The notes beneath the pieces were generated by a model that saw nothing but the letters and a program-made list of their open reading frames with translations, searched no databases and was not told the DNA's origin. Position numbers and translations under genes: made by a program. Below, piece after piece: positions 31,227 to 41,274 of a stretch of 64,000 nt of DNA (position 1 is the stretch's first letter; every line of letters begins with the position of its first letter). The stretch lies in the NCBI GenBank assembly GCA_032161105.1, contig JAVHTD010000008.1. One strand, written 5' to 3'. The stretch comes from Candidatus Thermosaccharophagus tengchongensis. Lineage in GTDB: Bacteria; Armatimonadota; Fervidibacteria; Fervidibacterales; Thermosaccharophagaceae.

Positions 31227-32390
31227 TCATCGCACAGCGCTTGCTGCGATTAAGTTAAGCAGTGAAAGCACTGCTGCAGCGATGAAGACATACTCATGTC
31301 CATACTGCGCCCAGATATATCCGGCGAACCATGGGAGCGACATTGAAACAGCGTGGTCAAGGCTCACGCCGAGAGAAAGCGAAGCTGTGACATCATCATC
31401 GTCCTTGGCGATCCTCTTCAAGTAAGTTGCCCTTGCTATCCCGGTCACGAAGAGGAGTTGGTCAAGGATGTAGCAAGCGAATGCGATGTAAAGTCCAAAT
31501 GCTATGTGGGATGCAATTGCGTAAGCCAGACATACGACTATGAGCAGCGCGGAATCAAGCATGAGAACTTTCCTCTCACCCCATTTATCCACAAGCCTCC
31601 CGGCGGCTGGGTTAAACAATGCCACCAGCGGCGACGATATGATCCACAAGCGGACGAATGTTGAAGGCGGTTGCTTAAATATCCTGACAAGCACCCAAGG
31701 ACCGAATGTCAGGAAAAGCTGTTTCCTCGCCCCAAAGAGGATGTTGAGCAGGTAGAACAACCCGTAGCGCCTATCCCATACGAATTTCGGGCGTGGCTGC
31801 TCCCTGCTTTTGAACTCGGGAAGTGTGGCAAAGGATAGAGCCGATACAGTTGCTGAGATGGCTGCGGCTATAAATAAGCCATCATAATGCCACCTTCCGA
31901 ACGCCGACCAAACGATTGCGCACCCGATGATCATGGCTACCGAATCCAGAGCGCGCAACTTGCCGAGCAAAGTTCCCCTTGAATGCGGCGGCGCAAGCTG
32001 CATCGCTATTGAGCTTGTGAACGGCTGCGCCAGATGTGTTCCGGCGCTCCAAAACAGCAGTGCAGTGATGAGCATAATGTGGTTGCCCTCGGTGAGCGTG
32101 AGCATAGCCATCCCAACTGCTATGAGCAATGCCGCAACGCCGGCAGCCTTTGGTTCGCTCGCGAAATAAAGTGCCCCGCTGAACAGAGCGCATAGGAAGC
32201 CGGGTAGCTCCCTCGGCAGCTCAAGGCGACCACGCTCAATCGGGCTCATGTTGAATTCGTCGCTGAGGAAGTTGTTGAAAGTCGTTCCGTAAATTCCGCC
32301 GCTCACACCGAGCAGCGTTATGCCTATGGCGAACTTGAGGGTGTGCACCATGTTGGCTTTCTGCGCAATTGCCTTTTCATCGCTGTCCAT
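31227..32390 (-). CDS. MFS transporter
   Basis: About 12 TM helices, ELPRELPG, GRLVDKWGER; start trimmed to MDSDEK. Confidence 0.85.
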   Translation of the reverse strand: MDSDEKAIAQKANMVHTLKFAIGITLLGVSGGIYGTTFNNFLSDEFNMSPIERGRLELPRELPGFLCALFSGALYFASEPKAAGVAALLIAVGMAMLTLTEGNHIMLITALLFWSAGTHLAQPFTSSIAMQLAPPHSRGTLLGKLRALDSVAMIIGCAIVWSAFGRWHYDGLFIAAAISATVSALSFATLPEFKSREQPRPKFVWDRRYGLFYLLNILFGARKQLFLTFGPWVLVRIFKQPPSTFVRLWIISSPLVALFNPAAGRLVDKWGERKVLMLDSALLIVVCLAYAIASHIAFGLYIAFACYILDQLLFVTGIARATYLKRIAKDDDDVTASLSLGVSLDHAVSMSLPWFAGYIWAQYGHEYVFIAAAVLSLLNLIAASAVR

Positions 32391-32492
32391 GACGCTCACC
32401 GCAACCAAGGGGGTTACAATCATTATGATGTCGCGTCGTTCAAAAAAGCTTTCGGCATATCGTGATGATGCGCAAAAGCTCAACGGGGTGAA

Positions 32493-34784
32493 ATGCCATT
32501 GGCATGGGCATCTCAGTATCGCAAGAGCATCATGCCGATTGTCGGATTGACACACTGCACTATTGTCATCTTGCTTTGCTGTGCAGTGCCGCGTGCCTTT
32601 GGCGCACAGCCAAGCCAACATGTGAAGCGCCATGTCCTCATCTTCGTGCTTGACTATGTGAGTTTCAGCGACTTGCTTGCTGTCCAACCGGCCGTCATGA
32701 TGCGCTTAATTTCCTCCGGCGGCGTGGCGGCATTGTGCACGAGAGCTGAAGGGGCATTCAACCCGACAAATGCCTGCATGACCGTAGCATGTGGGGATAG
32801 GGCAGCGGCATCGGCGGATGGCGAAGTTGCCCTTAACATTTTTGAGCCACTTGAAAGCAGCGATGCGCTGTCGGCTTACAGGCGCTATACGGGACGCAAC
32901 CTCAGCCCAAGCGAAGTGAGCGTCGTTCTTCCCTATGTGGAGGGTCTGAAAAAGTCGCTGGTGAAAAGGCTTCACCGCATCATACCTTTTGCGCTCGGCG
33001 ATTTAGTCAAGGCTTCTGGAATGCGAACGGCTATCATCGGGTGCGACGATGTGAGCCTTGGATATGATTGCGGCAGCCTCTTTAGGCATGCGGCGTTGAT
33101 TGCATCGCCATCAGATGGCGCCATACCGCTTGGCGATGTGAGCAAGCGAATGCTCACACATGATGCCAATGCGCCATTCGGAGTCAGCGTCAATTTGAGG
33201 ATGCTTGATGAGCAACTTGAGGAATGCTTTTCAAGTGCCCAGTTGCTTGTCATTGACATTGGCGAGACTTACCGTGCTGCACTTTATGCCGCACGCGCTG
33301 GCGATGAAGTTGCAGTAAAGCTGAGGGCGATGGCATTGCTCAAATGCGACGAGGCACTCAAGCTCATACTGAAGCGCTTTGATGAGCGGCGTGACCTCCT
33401 CATCATCTTCACCACAACGCCATCTGGCGCATTGAAAAACGAACTCGGATTCATCATTGCCTATGGTGCTGGCGTGATGAAAGGTTCGTTGCTCACATCA
33501 AAGACGACGAGGCGCATTGGGTTGGTCTCGCTCACTGACATTGCTCCGACCGCGTTGCATCACTTGGGCATTGAAACCGACGCGCATATGATCGGGCGAA
33601 GGATGATCGCCGTCAAAGCCGATGACCATGTTGAGCGAACGCGCAAGCTGATAGAGCTCACCTCGCAATCTGACAGCATGCTCCGTTCAGCCGCGCTCTA
33701 TTTCATGGGCGTATTACAATCGCTGCAAGCTGTGCTTGTGTTGATTTGGGCATTGTGCGTCCAACGCAATCGCGGCATGCTGGCGGCAGCTTTCGGGAAA
33801 GCCAGCAATGGCATTAGTGCATTCATCATGGCATTGCCAGTTTCGTATTGGTGCGAGGTGGTGCTCAGGGAACAAATCGGAATGCCATTCATAACGCTGC
33901 AAGTTATTTGGCTGATTGCGCTCGCACTCAGCGCTGTGCTTTGGATGGCGCTGCGCAGCGGGTTGCGCTACATCGTTTTACTCAGTGCCATTTCCTTTCT
34001 CGTGATCCTAACCGATGCCCTCACTGGCGCAAAACTTCAACTCGCATCCATCATGGGTTACTCGCCGTATTATGGCGGGCGATTTTATGGGCTCGGTAAT
34101 GTAGGTATGGCTGCGGCACTCGGATGCGCCCTGTTGCTCTCGTGTGCGGCGAGCAGCATTTTGGCTCATAGCTTTCTCAGGGGTTTTCTCTGGCTTGCGC
34201 TCGGCTTACTGACAGCGGTCATCGTAGGGCATCCAAATGTGGGGGCAAACTTTGGCGGGTTGCTATCGGCAGTTCCATCATTCATGGTTGGTTACATCGC
34301 GATGCAGCGCATAAAGGTGGGCTGGCGTAGCACCCTCTTTGTGTTCGCTGTGCTTTTGTGCGCGCTCGTTGCCTTCATCACCTTTGATCTGCTTCGCGGA
34401 GTTGAGGGCATGAGCCACCTTGGGAGGCTTGTCATTCTCCTGCAGGAGCGTGGCTTTGAAGCGCTTGCGTCAATGCTTTTAACCAAAGCACTCATTTGGT
34501 GGCGTGCATTCAAGCATGTGCCATTCACGGTCGCTCTCTTCGCTTACATCGTCTGCGGGTTTGTAAGTGCTTCGCTTCTGTGGCGCGAGATTAAAAGCGC
34601 AGTTGCATCCGATGAATTGCTTGCAGCATTGATTGCATCATTTGCGTGTGGTGCACTTATATCCCTCCTCGTCAACGATTCAGGTCCACTCACACCAGTC
34701 GTGATGCTCTCATATGGTTGGTCAGCAATTTGGCTCATCATTATCCGAGCGATTGGAAATGCAAGTGGACAGAGCGGAGCTTGA
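32493..34784 (+). CDS. Membrane protein with N-terminal alkaline-phosphatase/phosphoglyceromutase-like domain
   Basis: Signal/anchor, VLIFVLD, TRRIGLVSLTDIAPT, GRFYGLGN, GANFGG, NDSG, multiple C-terminal TMs. Confidence 0.75.
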   Translation: MPLAWASQYRKSIMPIVGLTHCTIVILLCCAVPRAFGAQPSQHVKRHVLIFVLDYVSFSDLLAVQPAVMMRLISSGGVAALCTRAEGAFNPTNACMTVACGDRAAASADGEVALNIFEPLESSDALSAYRRYTGRNLSPSEVSVVLPYVEGLKKSLVKRLHRIIPFALGDLVKASGMRTAIIGCDDVSLGYDCGSLFRHAALIASPSDGAIPLGDVSKRMLTHDANAPFGVSVNLRMLDEQLEECFSSAQLLVIDIGETYRAALYAARAGDEVAVKLRAMALLKCDEALKLILKRFDERRDLLIIFTTTPSGALKNELGFIIAYGAGVMKGSLLTSKTTRRIGLVSLTDIAPTALHHLGIETDAHMIGRRMIAVKADDHVERTRKLIELTSQSDSMLRSAALYFMGVLQSLQAVLVLIWALCVQRNRGMLAAAFGKASNGISAFIMALPVSYWCEVVLREQIGMPFITLQVIWLIALALSAVLWMALRSGLRYIVLLSAISFLVILTDALTGAKLQLASIMGYSPYYGGRFYGLGNVGMAAALGCALLLSCAASSILAHSFLRGFLWLALGLLTAVIVGHPNVGANFGGLLSAVPSFMVGYIAMQRIKVGWRSTLFVFAVLLCALVAFITFDLLRGVEGMSHLGRLVILLQERGFEALASMLLTKALIWWRAFKHVPFTVALFAYIVCGFVSASLLWREIKSAVASDELLAALIASFACGALISLLVNDSGPLTPVVMLSYGWSAIWLIIIRAIGNASGQSGA

Positions 34785-35040
34785 GATGCTGGGTTCAATG
34801 GCTGGGCACGAGGGTGAGAGGGTGACATCTCTTAGGATTTCTTGAAAGCACAATCATCGTGAAGATATGCAAGCTTGTGCGCAAAAGTTGAGAGATGCGA
34901 GCATGGTATAAATTAAATGGCTTTATCCGTCGATGGATGTTATTGCCGACTTGTGCAAAGCGTTCAGTGAGCGATGAATCTTCAGGACGGCTTTTACGAG
35001 CAGATGGAAGTGATAGCCAATTTGGAGGGCGATATCAAAG

Positions 35041-36591
35041 ATGGCTCTCAAAGCTTTGATGGGGAGCTTAAACCTCGCACCAAGTAGTGTCCGCAAAGAC
35101 AGAATGCAATGTGGCATTAGCTTGATTGAGGTGTTGGTGGTCATCGCATTGCTCATCATCGGACTCTGGCTGATGATGAATGTTTTTCCGGTTGGTCAGC
35201 GTGCGCTTAGGGTGTTGAGGGAGCGCAACCTCGCAAGGACAATTGCGGAGCGCATCGCTTATGAGCTCGCAAACTCGGCAAAGTTTGAGGGTGGCTTATT
35301 GCCCGACAATCCGGCGCTATATGAGTATCCATTAGCCGACCTTCGACGGCTTGATTTGCCAGTTGACAGGACTGGCGATGGGATTCCAGACGAGCCACCA
35401 GATGGTAAAAGAACAATTGAAGATTTGCTTGAACTGCGAAGGCGCTTGAGGTGGGTTGTGGGGGAGAGTTTAACGAGCGCCCCTGCCATAACTGCCTTGG
35501 CACCCATAAACTCCGTCATCGAAACCCATAGATATCAGCCATACACTGAAGCCAGTAGCCTCACCGAAGTAACTCCAGGCAAATACTTTGTGGATTATTC
35601 AAGAACTCCGCCGGAGATTGTGGTGATGTTCGCCCCGAATCAAACGAAGCGATACCGGATATCTTACATTGCCCAAGTCGGGGGGCAAAAATTCATTGCA
35701 AATGAGGAACTCATTGAAGCAGCGGCAGATGCAAGCGGCATTGCAAGAATAACGCCACGGCTTTTGGTAAACGCCCAGGGACAAATCATTTTAGTCATTA
35801 GTGTCAAAGAAATTGAACTTATTACAAATCCATTGACTTTAACTGACGAGCAAAAGCGAGCGGGAGTTATCCCGCCCAGCATTCCACCTCCTGAATATAT
35901 CTCCTACGAGTTGGGTTCGGATGGCGCTTGGATGATGTGTTGGGGAAGGACTGAGGGATCAACTGGAGGTGTGATATTTGACCCGATTCCGAAGCCTCTA
36001 ATTTCAAAGCTGCAGTCGGAGAGCAGCACCACAGCTGGTATTGCAGCTTTTGGTTCATCTTTACTTACAGTTCCTGATACGGAATTTGAAATTAATCAAA
36101 CTGGAATGGTGCTTTTTAGCAACCTCAATCCTGATACCCTCATTCGTCTATCCTACAAATCCGCGAGATCTCCAAATCAGCTCATTGACAACTGGTTCTT
36201 TGTGCCATTTGTCCCGCCATTATCATTTACTCCTTCACCAGCTATTGTTGGTGGAACGCCTGTTGAGGTTTGGCGTGAATATTTTTTGGACCTAAGTGAT
36301 AGAGAAAAAATCTTTGTTGCAGGGATGTGGAGTGGATTGCTGCTTAATGTTACATATGTTGACGCAGGTGGGAACAGGAGGTCAATTCTTCGGCGTGTTG
36401 AGTATGACCCGCAAAGGGTAAGCTGGAAAGGCGTGATTTATCTTCCAACACCGTATGTGCATGTTGAGAAGGTGGAAGGCGCTTCAATCAAAGTTTGGGT
36501 TAGCGGTAGATTCTTCTTGGGAGTGGTTGGTGGGAAGCGACCATTAAATTTGGGGAGCGTGATTGAAAAAGAGGCCCTCATTGTGAGGTGA
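35041..36591 (+). CDS. Type IV pilin-like protein (PilV-like N-terminus)
   Basis: Class III signal G|ISLIEVLVVIALL with Glu5. Exact start uncertain. Confidence 0.8.
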   Translation: MALKALMGSLNLAPSSVRKDRMQCGISLIEVLVVIALLIIGLWLMMNVFPVGQRALRVLRERNLARTIAERIAYELANSAKFEGGLLPDNPALYEYPLADLRRLDLPVDRTGDGIPDEPPDGKRTIEDLLELRRRLRWVVGESLTSAPAITALAPINSVIETHRYQPYTEASSLTEVTPGKYFVDYSRTPPEIVVMFAPNQTKRYRISYIAQVGGQKFIANEELIEAAADASGIARITPRLLVNAQGQIILVISVKEIELITNPLTLTDEQKRAGVIPPSIPPPEYISYELGSDGAWMMCWGRTEGSTGGVIFDPIPKPLISKLQSESSTTAGIAAFGSSLLTVPDTEFEINQTGMVLFSNLNPDTLIRLSYKSARSPNQLIDNWFFVPFVPPLSFTPSPAIVGGTPVEVWREYFLDLSDREKIFVAGMWSGLLLNVTYVDAGGNRRSILRRVEYDPQRVSWKGVIYLPTPYVHVEKVEGASIKVWVSGRFFLGVVGGKRPLNLGSVIEKEALIVR

Positions 36592-36598
36592 TACTGAG

Positions 36599-37432
36599 AT
36601 GAAATGGGCGAGAGGGGAAAATGCCCTAACACTGACAGAGTTGCTCATAGTGTTGGGACTTATAGCCATTGCTGCCGCCATAATTTTGCCGACGATCCCT
36701 GGGGTTAGCACAAGGGGATTGGGAATCCAATGTCAGTTGAATTTGCAGGCAATTTACCAGGCTGTTAAGCTCTATCATCTTGACTATCAGGGCTATCCGC
36801 CATTTGATTTCGCAAATTGCTCACCATCAAATCCACCAGTCGGCAGAGGGCTGTTAAGCCTTTACAGCTTTGTGCAACCGGATTCAACAGCGCCGCTTGG
36901 CTACAGGCGAATTAGAACTGGCTACTTAAATTCGCCATCATATTTGCATTGTCCTTTGGATAAAACTCAAAAGTTCGGAGTTGATGATGACAACGATGGC
37001 AAGATAGATGAAGAGTTGTTCAATTTTGTTGACATTGATGGTGATGGAAAGGATGATCTTCCTGTTGACGATGATGGCGATGGGCAGTTTTATGACGATT
37101 TGAAACGCGCAGAATATTGCTCATATCAAGTTCCTGAGGATTTGGATTCTGTGAAGGAAGTTGGCGATAGTTTCACATACCTACGCACTCGCACCGCCAA
37201 CAAAGATGATCCAGATGCCATGCGCCAGTTGAGTAGAATTTGCATTGATGGCGATAAAATCCCATATTTTGCTGATGATACGACGGTCATTACATGGTGC
37301 AAACATCACCGTCGCACTTTAAAGCGCGGCAATGAACCAGCTGATTTGGTTCTTTTCCTTGATGGGCACATAAAAATTATGGAGGCGCCAAGCCAAACCA
37401 ATAATGTTGTGGGATGGCGAAGGAAGCCATGA
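36599..37432 (+). CDS. Type IV pilin/pseudopilin with C-terminal H...FLDGH motif
   Basis: A|LTLTELLIV, CQLNL.AI..A..LY..DY, LHCP.D, FLDGH; Asp-rich insert. Confidence 0.82.
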   Translation: MKWARGENALTLTELLIVLGLIAIAAAIILPTIPGVSTRGLGIQCQLNLQAIYQAVKLYHLDYQGYPPFDFANCSPSNPPVGRGLLSLYSFVQPDSTAPLGYRRIRTGYLNSPSYLHCPLDKTQKFGVDDDNDGKIDEELFNFVDIDGDGKDDLPVDDDGDGQFYDDLKRAEYCSYQVPEDLDSVKEVGDSFTYLRTRTANKDDPDAMRQLSRICIDGDKIPYFADDTTVITWCKHHRRTLKRGNEPADLVLFLDGHIKIMEAPSQTNNVVGWRRKP

Positions 37433-38562
37433 TGCCAAAAAGGAGAATACACGGAAGATTTTTGCAAATTGGAGGGATCAAATTGCGTGGGATAGGAGGA
37501 AAGAGCGGAAGAATTTGCCATATAGTTGCGGGCAATTCTGCCGATAAAGTTGGCATGACTCTGGTTGAAATCCTTGTAGCACTCGCTCTGCTCAGCATAG
37601 TTTTCGGGCTTGTTATATTGCCATTTACCAAATCTTTTGACCTTCTTCGCCGTGCGAGAATTGCTGGCTCACTTGAGTCGGCGATTATGTTGGCTATGCG
37701 GCAAATTGAGGCAGATCTTTCAAGGGCAAGGATTGTGTTTTTGATGAAAAGCCCATATGACCTTCAGGATGGCGAAATAGGTGATGACGATTCCTTCGGT
37801 AGAATTGACATTGTTATAAGTGATTCAGAGAGTGCCCTTAAGTTTGGCACCCCACTTGTTCCGCAGGGGAAAATTGTCACATATTATGGGAGATTTCTCG
37901 ACCCGACCAAGCGATACAGTATGGACCCCAAATCCACCAATCCAAGGGTCCTTTACCGAGTTGAGCACATACCAAATGACTTCGATGGAGATGGCAGATA
38001 TTCAGAGGATCCGATTGAGGGGATTGATAATGATGGAGATGGAAGAATTAATGAGGATCCGATTGATGGGATTGATAATGATGGAGACAGAAAAATTGAT
38101 GAGGATCCGATTGAGGGGATTGATAGTGATGGAGATGGAAGAATTGATGAGGATCCGATTGATGGGATTGATAATGATGGAGACAGAAAAATTGATGAAG
38201 ATCCGATTGGGGGGATTGATAATGATAAAGATAAAAGAATTGATGAGGATCCATTTAATGCCCCAGAAAATGCAATAACGCCGCTTGATGGAACGGATTT
38301 GGCAGGGCTGAGATTTTGGTATTTGGGAGTTGATAATGACGGAGATGGGAAGGTTGATGAGGATCCGATTGATGGGATTGATAATGATAGGGATGGAGAA
38401 GTTGATGAGGATCCGGATGAGGCATCAAAAATGATAATTGTTGACATCAAACTGCAGAAAGTAGATCCGACAGTTCGTGTGCGAGGGGAGAGAAAATTGC
38501 TGCTAATTCGCAGGCAAATTCGGATACGCTTAGATCCATGGGTGGAGGTATTTTATCAGTAG
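37429..38562 (+). CDS. Type IV pilin-like protein (PilW/PulJ-like) with Asp-rich tandem repeats
   Basis: G|MTLVEILVALAL, IEADLSRA; ATGA overlap with the previous stop codon. Confidence 0.82.
   Translation: MMPKRRIHGRFLQIGGIKLRGIGGKSGRICHIVAGNSADKVGMTLVEILVALALLSIVFGLVILPFTKSFDLLRRARIAGSLESAIMLAMRQIEADLSRARIVFLMKSPYDLQDGEIGDDDSFGRIDIVISDSESALKFGTPLVPQGKIVTYYGRFLDPTKRYSMDPKSTNPRVLYRVEHIPNDFDGDGRYSEDPIEGIDNDGDGRINEDPIDGIDNDGDRKIDEDPIEGIDSDGDGRIDEDPIDGIDNDGDRKIDEDPIGGIDNDKDKRIDEDPFNAPENAITPLDGTDLAGLRFWYLGVDNDGDGKVDEDPIDGIDNDRDGEVDEDPDEASKMIIVDIKLQKVDPTVRVRGERKLLLIRRQIRIRLDPWVEVFYQ
38005..38253 (+). repeat. 48-bp tandem repeat (5 full units plus a partial) encoding EDPI(D/E)GIDNDGD(G/R)xID
   Basis: GAGGATCCGATTGA.GGGATTGATAATGATGGAGA... 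recurs at a 48-nt period in an A-B-A-B pattern. Confidence 0.95.
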
Positions 38563-38581
38563 CATTGCGAGGTGATTAATA

Positions 38582-41218
38582 ATGCTTTGCAAACTTAACT
38601 ACATGAATGTAAAAGGTCAAGCTGCTATACTTGCTGTCATGTTAATTACCGGTGTTGCCCTCGTCAGTGCCGGGTTTGCAGCATTTGTTGCCAATTCAAT
38701 CCACCACGCAAGAGCATTGACTGGGAAGATATCTGGGAAAGACATTGCAATGTATGGCATTGAATATGCAATGCAGCAACTTTTAACAAGTCCCGAGGGG
38801 GCTGATTGGCGACCAGTCCAAGATCCAAATCTGCCATGGGATGCATATGAGCAAAGGCGTGGCTGGAATACACAATATGTAAAGTATATGGCTCCAAATG
38901 GCTATTTTTTGCTTAAAGTAAGCAATCGCCCCGACGACTATATTAAGGACGACTATATTAAGCGCTATATTGAAGCTGGCTATATTGTAATTGATTCAAT
39001 TGGAAGACCGGAGCCAAAATCACCAGTTTACTACCGCATAATTGCCATTGTCCCTCAGCCGATGATCCAGTATGCGCGTTTCCTCGGGGGCAGGAGAAGT
39101 GATAATGATAAAGATGGAAAAATTGATGAGGATCCCATTGATGGGATTGATAATGATAAAGATGAAAGAATTGATGAGGATCCCATTGATGAACATGTTA
39201 TTGGTATAGGTCAAATTGATTTTGATGGGGATGGGGTAGTCAATCAATTGGAGGAAAATTCCAGTATAGTGACGATAAATGGTGGGATCTTCTCAAACGG
39301 CGACCTCAGGATCGCTTCTCAATCACTTATGAAATTGCTTTTTGACAGTGCTAACCCAAATCACGGGCTATTTGTAGCAGGCGAGTCTACAGTTAGCCAA
39401 GCCAGGGTTGAACTCTGTGATAAAAATGGTAATCCAATTTCTTCAAGTTCACCCCGGGATTCCAGTGACCAAAATTTTGAAATTTTCCCGTTAAATGGCA
39501 TCCCAAGGTATAGAGATGGCTATTACTCTAACAAGCCTTCGCTTGGTAGGATTGATATTGATGTTTATAGGCGCTTACAACCGATTTTGCCGCCAACAAT
39601 TGACGCCGAAAGGTATCGCAGGCTTATCTCACATGATAGCAGTGGAACACAGGTCATTTATATTGACAATACACAAGTCATTTATGTTGACAATAAGGGT
39701 GATATTCAGGACAATATTGCTGGAGCACCTTCGGGGCTTAAGCCGGCACAGGTTCAATTTTGGGATTGGGTCAATGTGCCACCAGAACCAGAAACGGATC
39801 CGAGAACGAGAAGAAGTGACCCGAAAAGCGGATGGTATTATAACCCAAATGGGGATCCATATCGCAGAAACCCTCCGATTAATAACACTTTGCCGGATTA
39901 TTTCCGATATGTTCCGCCGGGATGCGAGGTTGAGCTTCAAGGTGCAGGCATAGTAATAACGCGACATGATAAACCTAATGATGTGTCGCCAATTTCTTAT
40001 TACCCAGTAAATTCGGAAAAACCAGTGGTCATTTTTGCTGAGGGGAATGTGAGGATAAAGGGCAAAATAGATGCATCGCTAACTGTCATTTCAATGGGCA
40101 CAATTTACATTGAAGGTTCGTTGGAAACAGCGGATCCAGAGCGGCAGCATATTGCCCTTCTCGCAAAACATAATGTTTGCCTGAATACAACGGCATTGTT
40201 GCCGATTATAGAAAGGACCACTGGCACGATAGAGATTAAATCCGATGACCCAGAATATTGGGATCATGACAAAATACCGCTACATTATGAGTTTCCGGAC
40301 TCTTCGCCCTCCTCGTTAACTTGGCGGATACCGCATTTTAACGAACAGGGACAAAAAATAAGGATAACGCTGCTTCATAGTGGGCTTGGCGACCCAAAGG
40401 AGGGTAATATCTCCATCGAGATCACCTTGAATGACTCCCAGGGCAATCCTTTGTATTGTGCCCCACCTGGTGAACCTTTACATTATGACCCAGACAATGA
40501 TGGAAAAATCGGCGAAGACCCAATTGACAATATTGACAATGATGGAGACGGAATGACCGATGAGGATTCGGGGCAACCGATGCCTTGCTACAAGAGTGGT
40601 TCTTCACATGGCATATATTGGATTGAATATGAATTCAAAGAAGGCGAGTCAGTCTATTCCGTAACTGTTAAGGTATTAAATGCCAACGAAATTACATATC
40701 GTCTCTCTCGCTTCAAAGTTGAGTTGGTTGACGCAAGTGGCAATCCGATACTATGGAAGATAAGGATAAATGCGGCAATTTATGCAGAGTCCGGCTGCTT
40801 CTTCATCTTGCCGCCACCATACTTTGACAACATGTTGAACTTGGCAAAGGGTGACGGTGCCGCTCGATTCCGAAGGTTCAATTACTTTGACATTGAGATA
40901 AACGGTTCAATAGCCGAGTATACGACCGCCGTGACAATGGCGAAGTCAATCGGTTTGAGTGACGAGGAAGCTGTGGATAAATACCGCAAAGTGCTTGATA
41001 AGTTAGCATATCCAACCAATAAAGTGAATGACGATCGCGATGATGAAGTTGACGAGGACCCACTTGATGGAGTCGATAACGATGGCGATGATAAAGTTGA
41101 CGAGGACCCACCCGGTTGGGGGTCGGTGCGTTTCAGATACGACCCGTGGTTACTTCAATATCCACCGCCATTCTTGCCAGTCTCTCCGAGACCGATAATC
41201 ATTTATTCTGGCTTATAG
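38582..41218 (+). CDS. Large PilX-like pilin protein with Asp-rich repeat inserts
   Basis: KG|QAAILAVMLI without Glu5, A..GIEYA, INGGIFSNGDL, VIFAEGNVRIKG; three DNDxDG..DEDP inserts. Confidence 0.78.
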   Translation: MLCKLNYMNVKGQAAILAVMLITGVALVSAGFAAFVANSIHHARALTGKISGKDIAMYGIEYAMQQLLTSPEGADWRPVQDPNLPWDAYEQRRGWNTQYVKYMAPNGYFLLKVSNRPDDYIKDDYIKRYIEAGYIVIDSIGRPEPKSPVYYRIIAIVPQPMIQYARFLGGRRSDNDKDGKIDEDPIDGIDNDKDERIDEDPIDEHVIGIGQIDFDGDGVVNQLEENSSIVTINGGIFSNGDLRIASQSLMKLLFDSANPNHGLFVAGESTVSQARVELCDKNGNPISSSSPRDSSDQNFEIFPLNGIPRYRDGYYSNKPSLGRIDIDVYRRLQPILPPTIDAERYRRLISHDSSGTQVIYIDNTQVIYVDNKGDIQDNIAGAPSGLKPAQVQFWDWVNVPPEPETDPRTRRSDPKSGWYYNPNGDPYRRNPPINNTLPDYFRYVPPGCEVELQGAGIVITRHDKPNDVSPISYYPVNSEKPVVIFAEGNVRIKGKIDASLTVISMGTIYIEGSLETADPERQHIALLAKHNVCLNTTALLPIIERTTGTIEIKSDDPEYWDHDKIPLHYEFPDSSPSSLTWRIPHFNEQGQKIRITLLHSGLGDPKEGNISIEITLNDSQGNPLYCAPPGEPLHYDPDNDGKIGEDPIDNIDNDGDGMTDEDSGQPMPCYKSGSSHGIYWIEYEFKEGESVYSVTVKVLNANEITYRLSRFKVELVDASGNPILWKIRINAAIYAESGCFFILPPPYFDNMLNLAKGDGAARFRRFNYFDIEINGSIAEYTTAVTMAKSIGLSDEEAVDKYRKVLDKLAYPTNKVNDDRDDEVDEDPLDGVDNDGDDKVDEDPPGWGSVRFRYDPWLLQYPPPFLPVSPRPIIIYSGL

Positions 41219-41274
41219 TGCAGGTAATAAGCATCATCGGCTGCTGAGCAGCGAGGGTGAGTGGGGTGAATTAA

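Noticed and set aside
38005..38417. Regularly spaced repeats that could suggest a CRISPR array
   Set aside because: Units are contiguous 48-bp in-frame coding repeats with no unique spacers, and no cas genes are present.
35041..41218. Diversity-generating retroelement acting on the pilins
   Set aside because: No reverse transcriptase and no template/variable repeat pair with adenine-specific differences seen.
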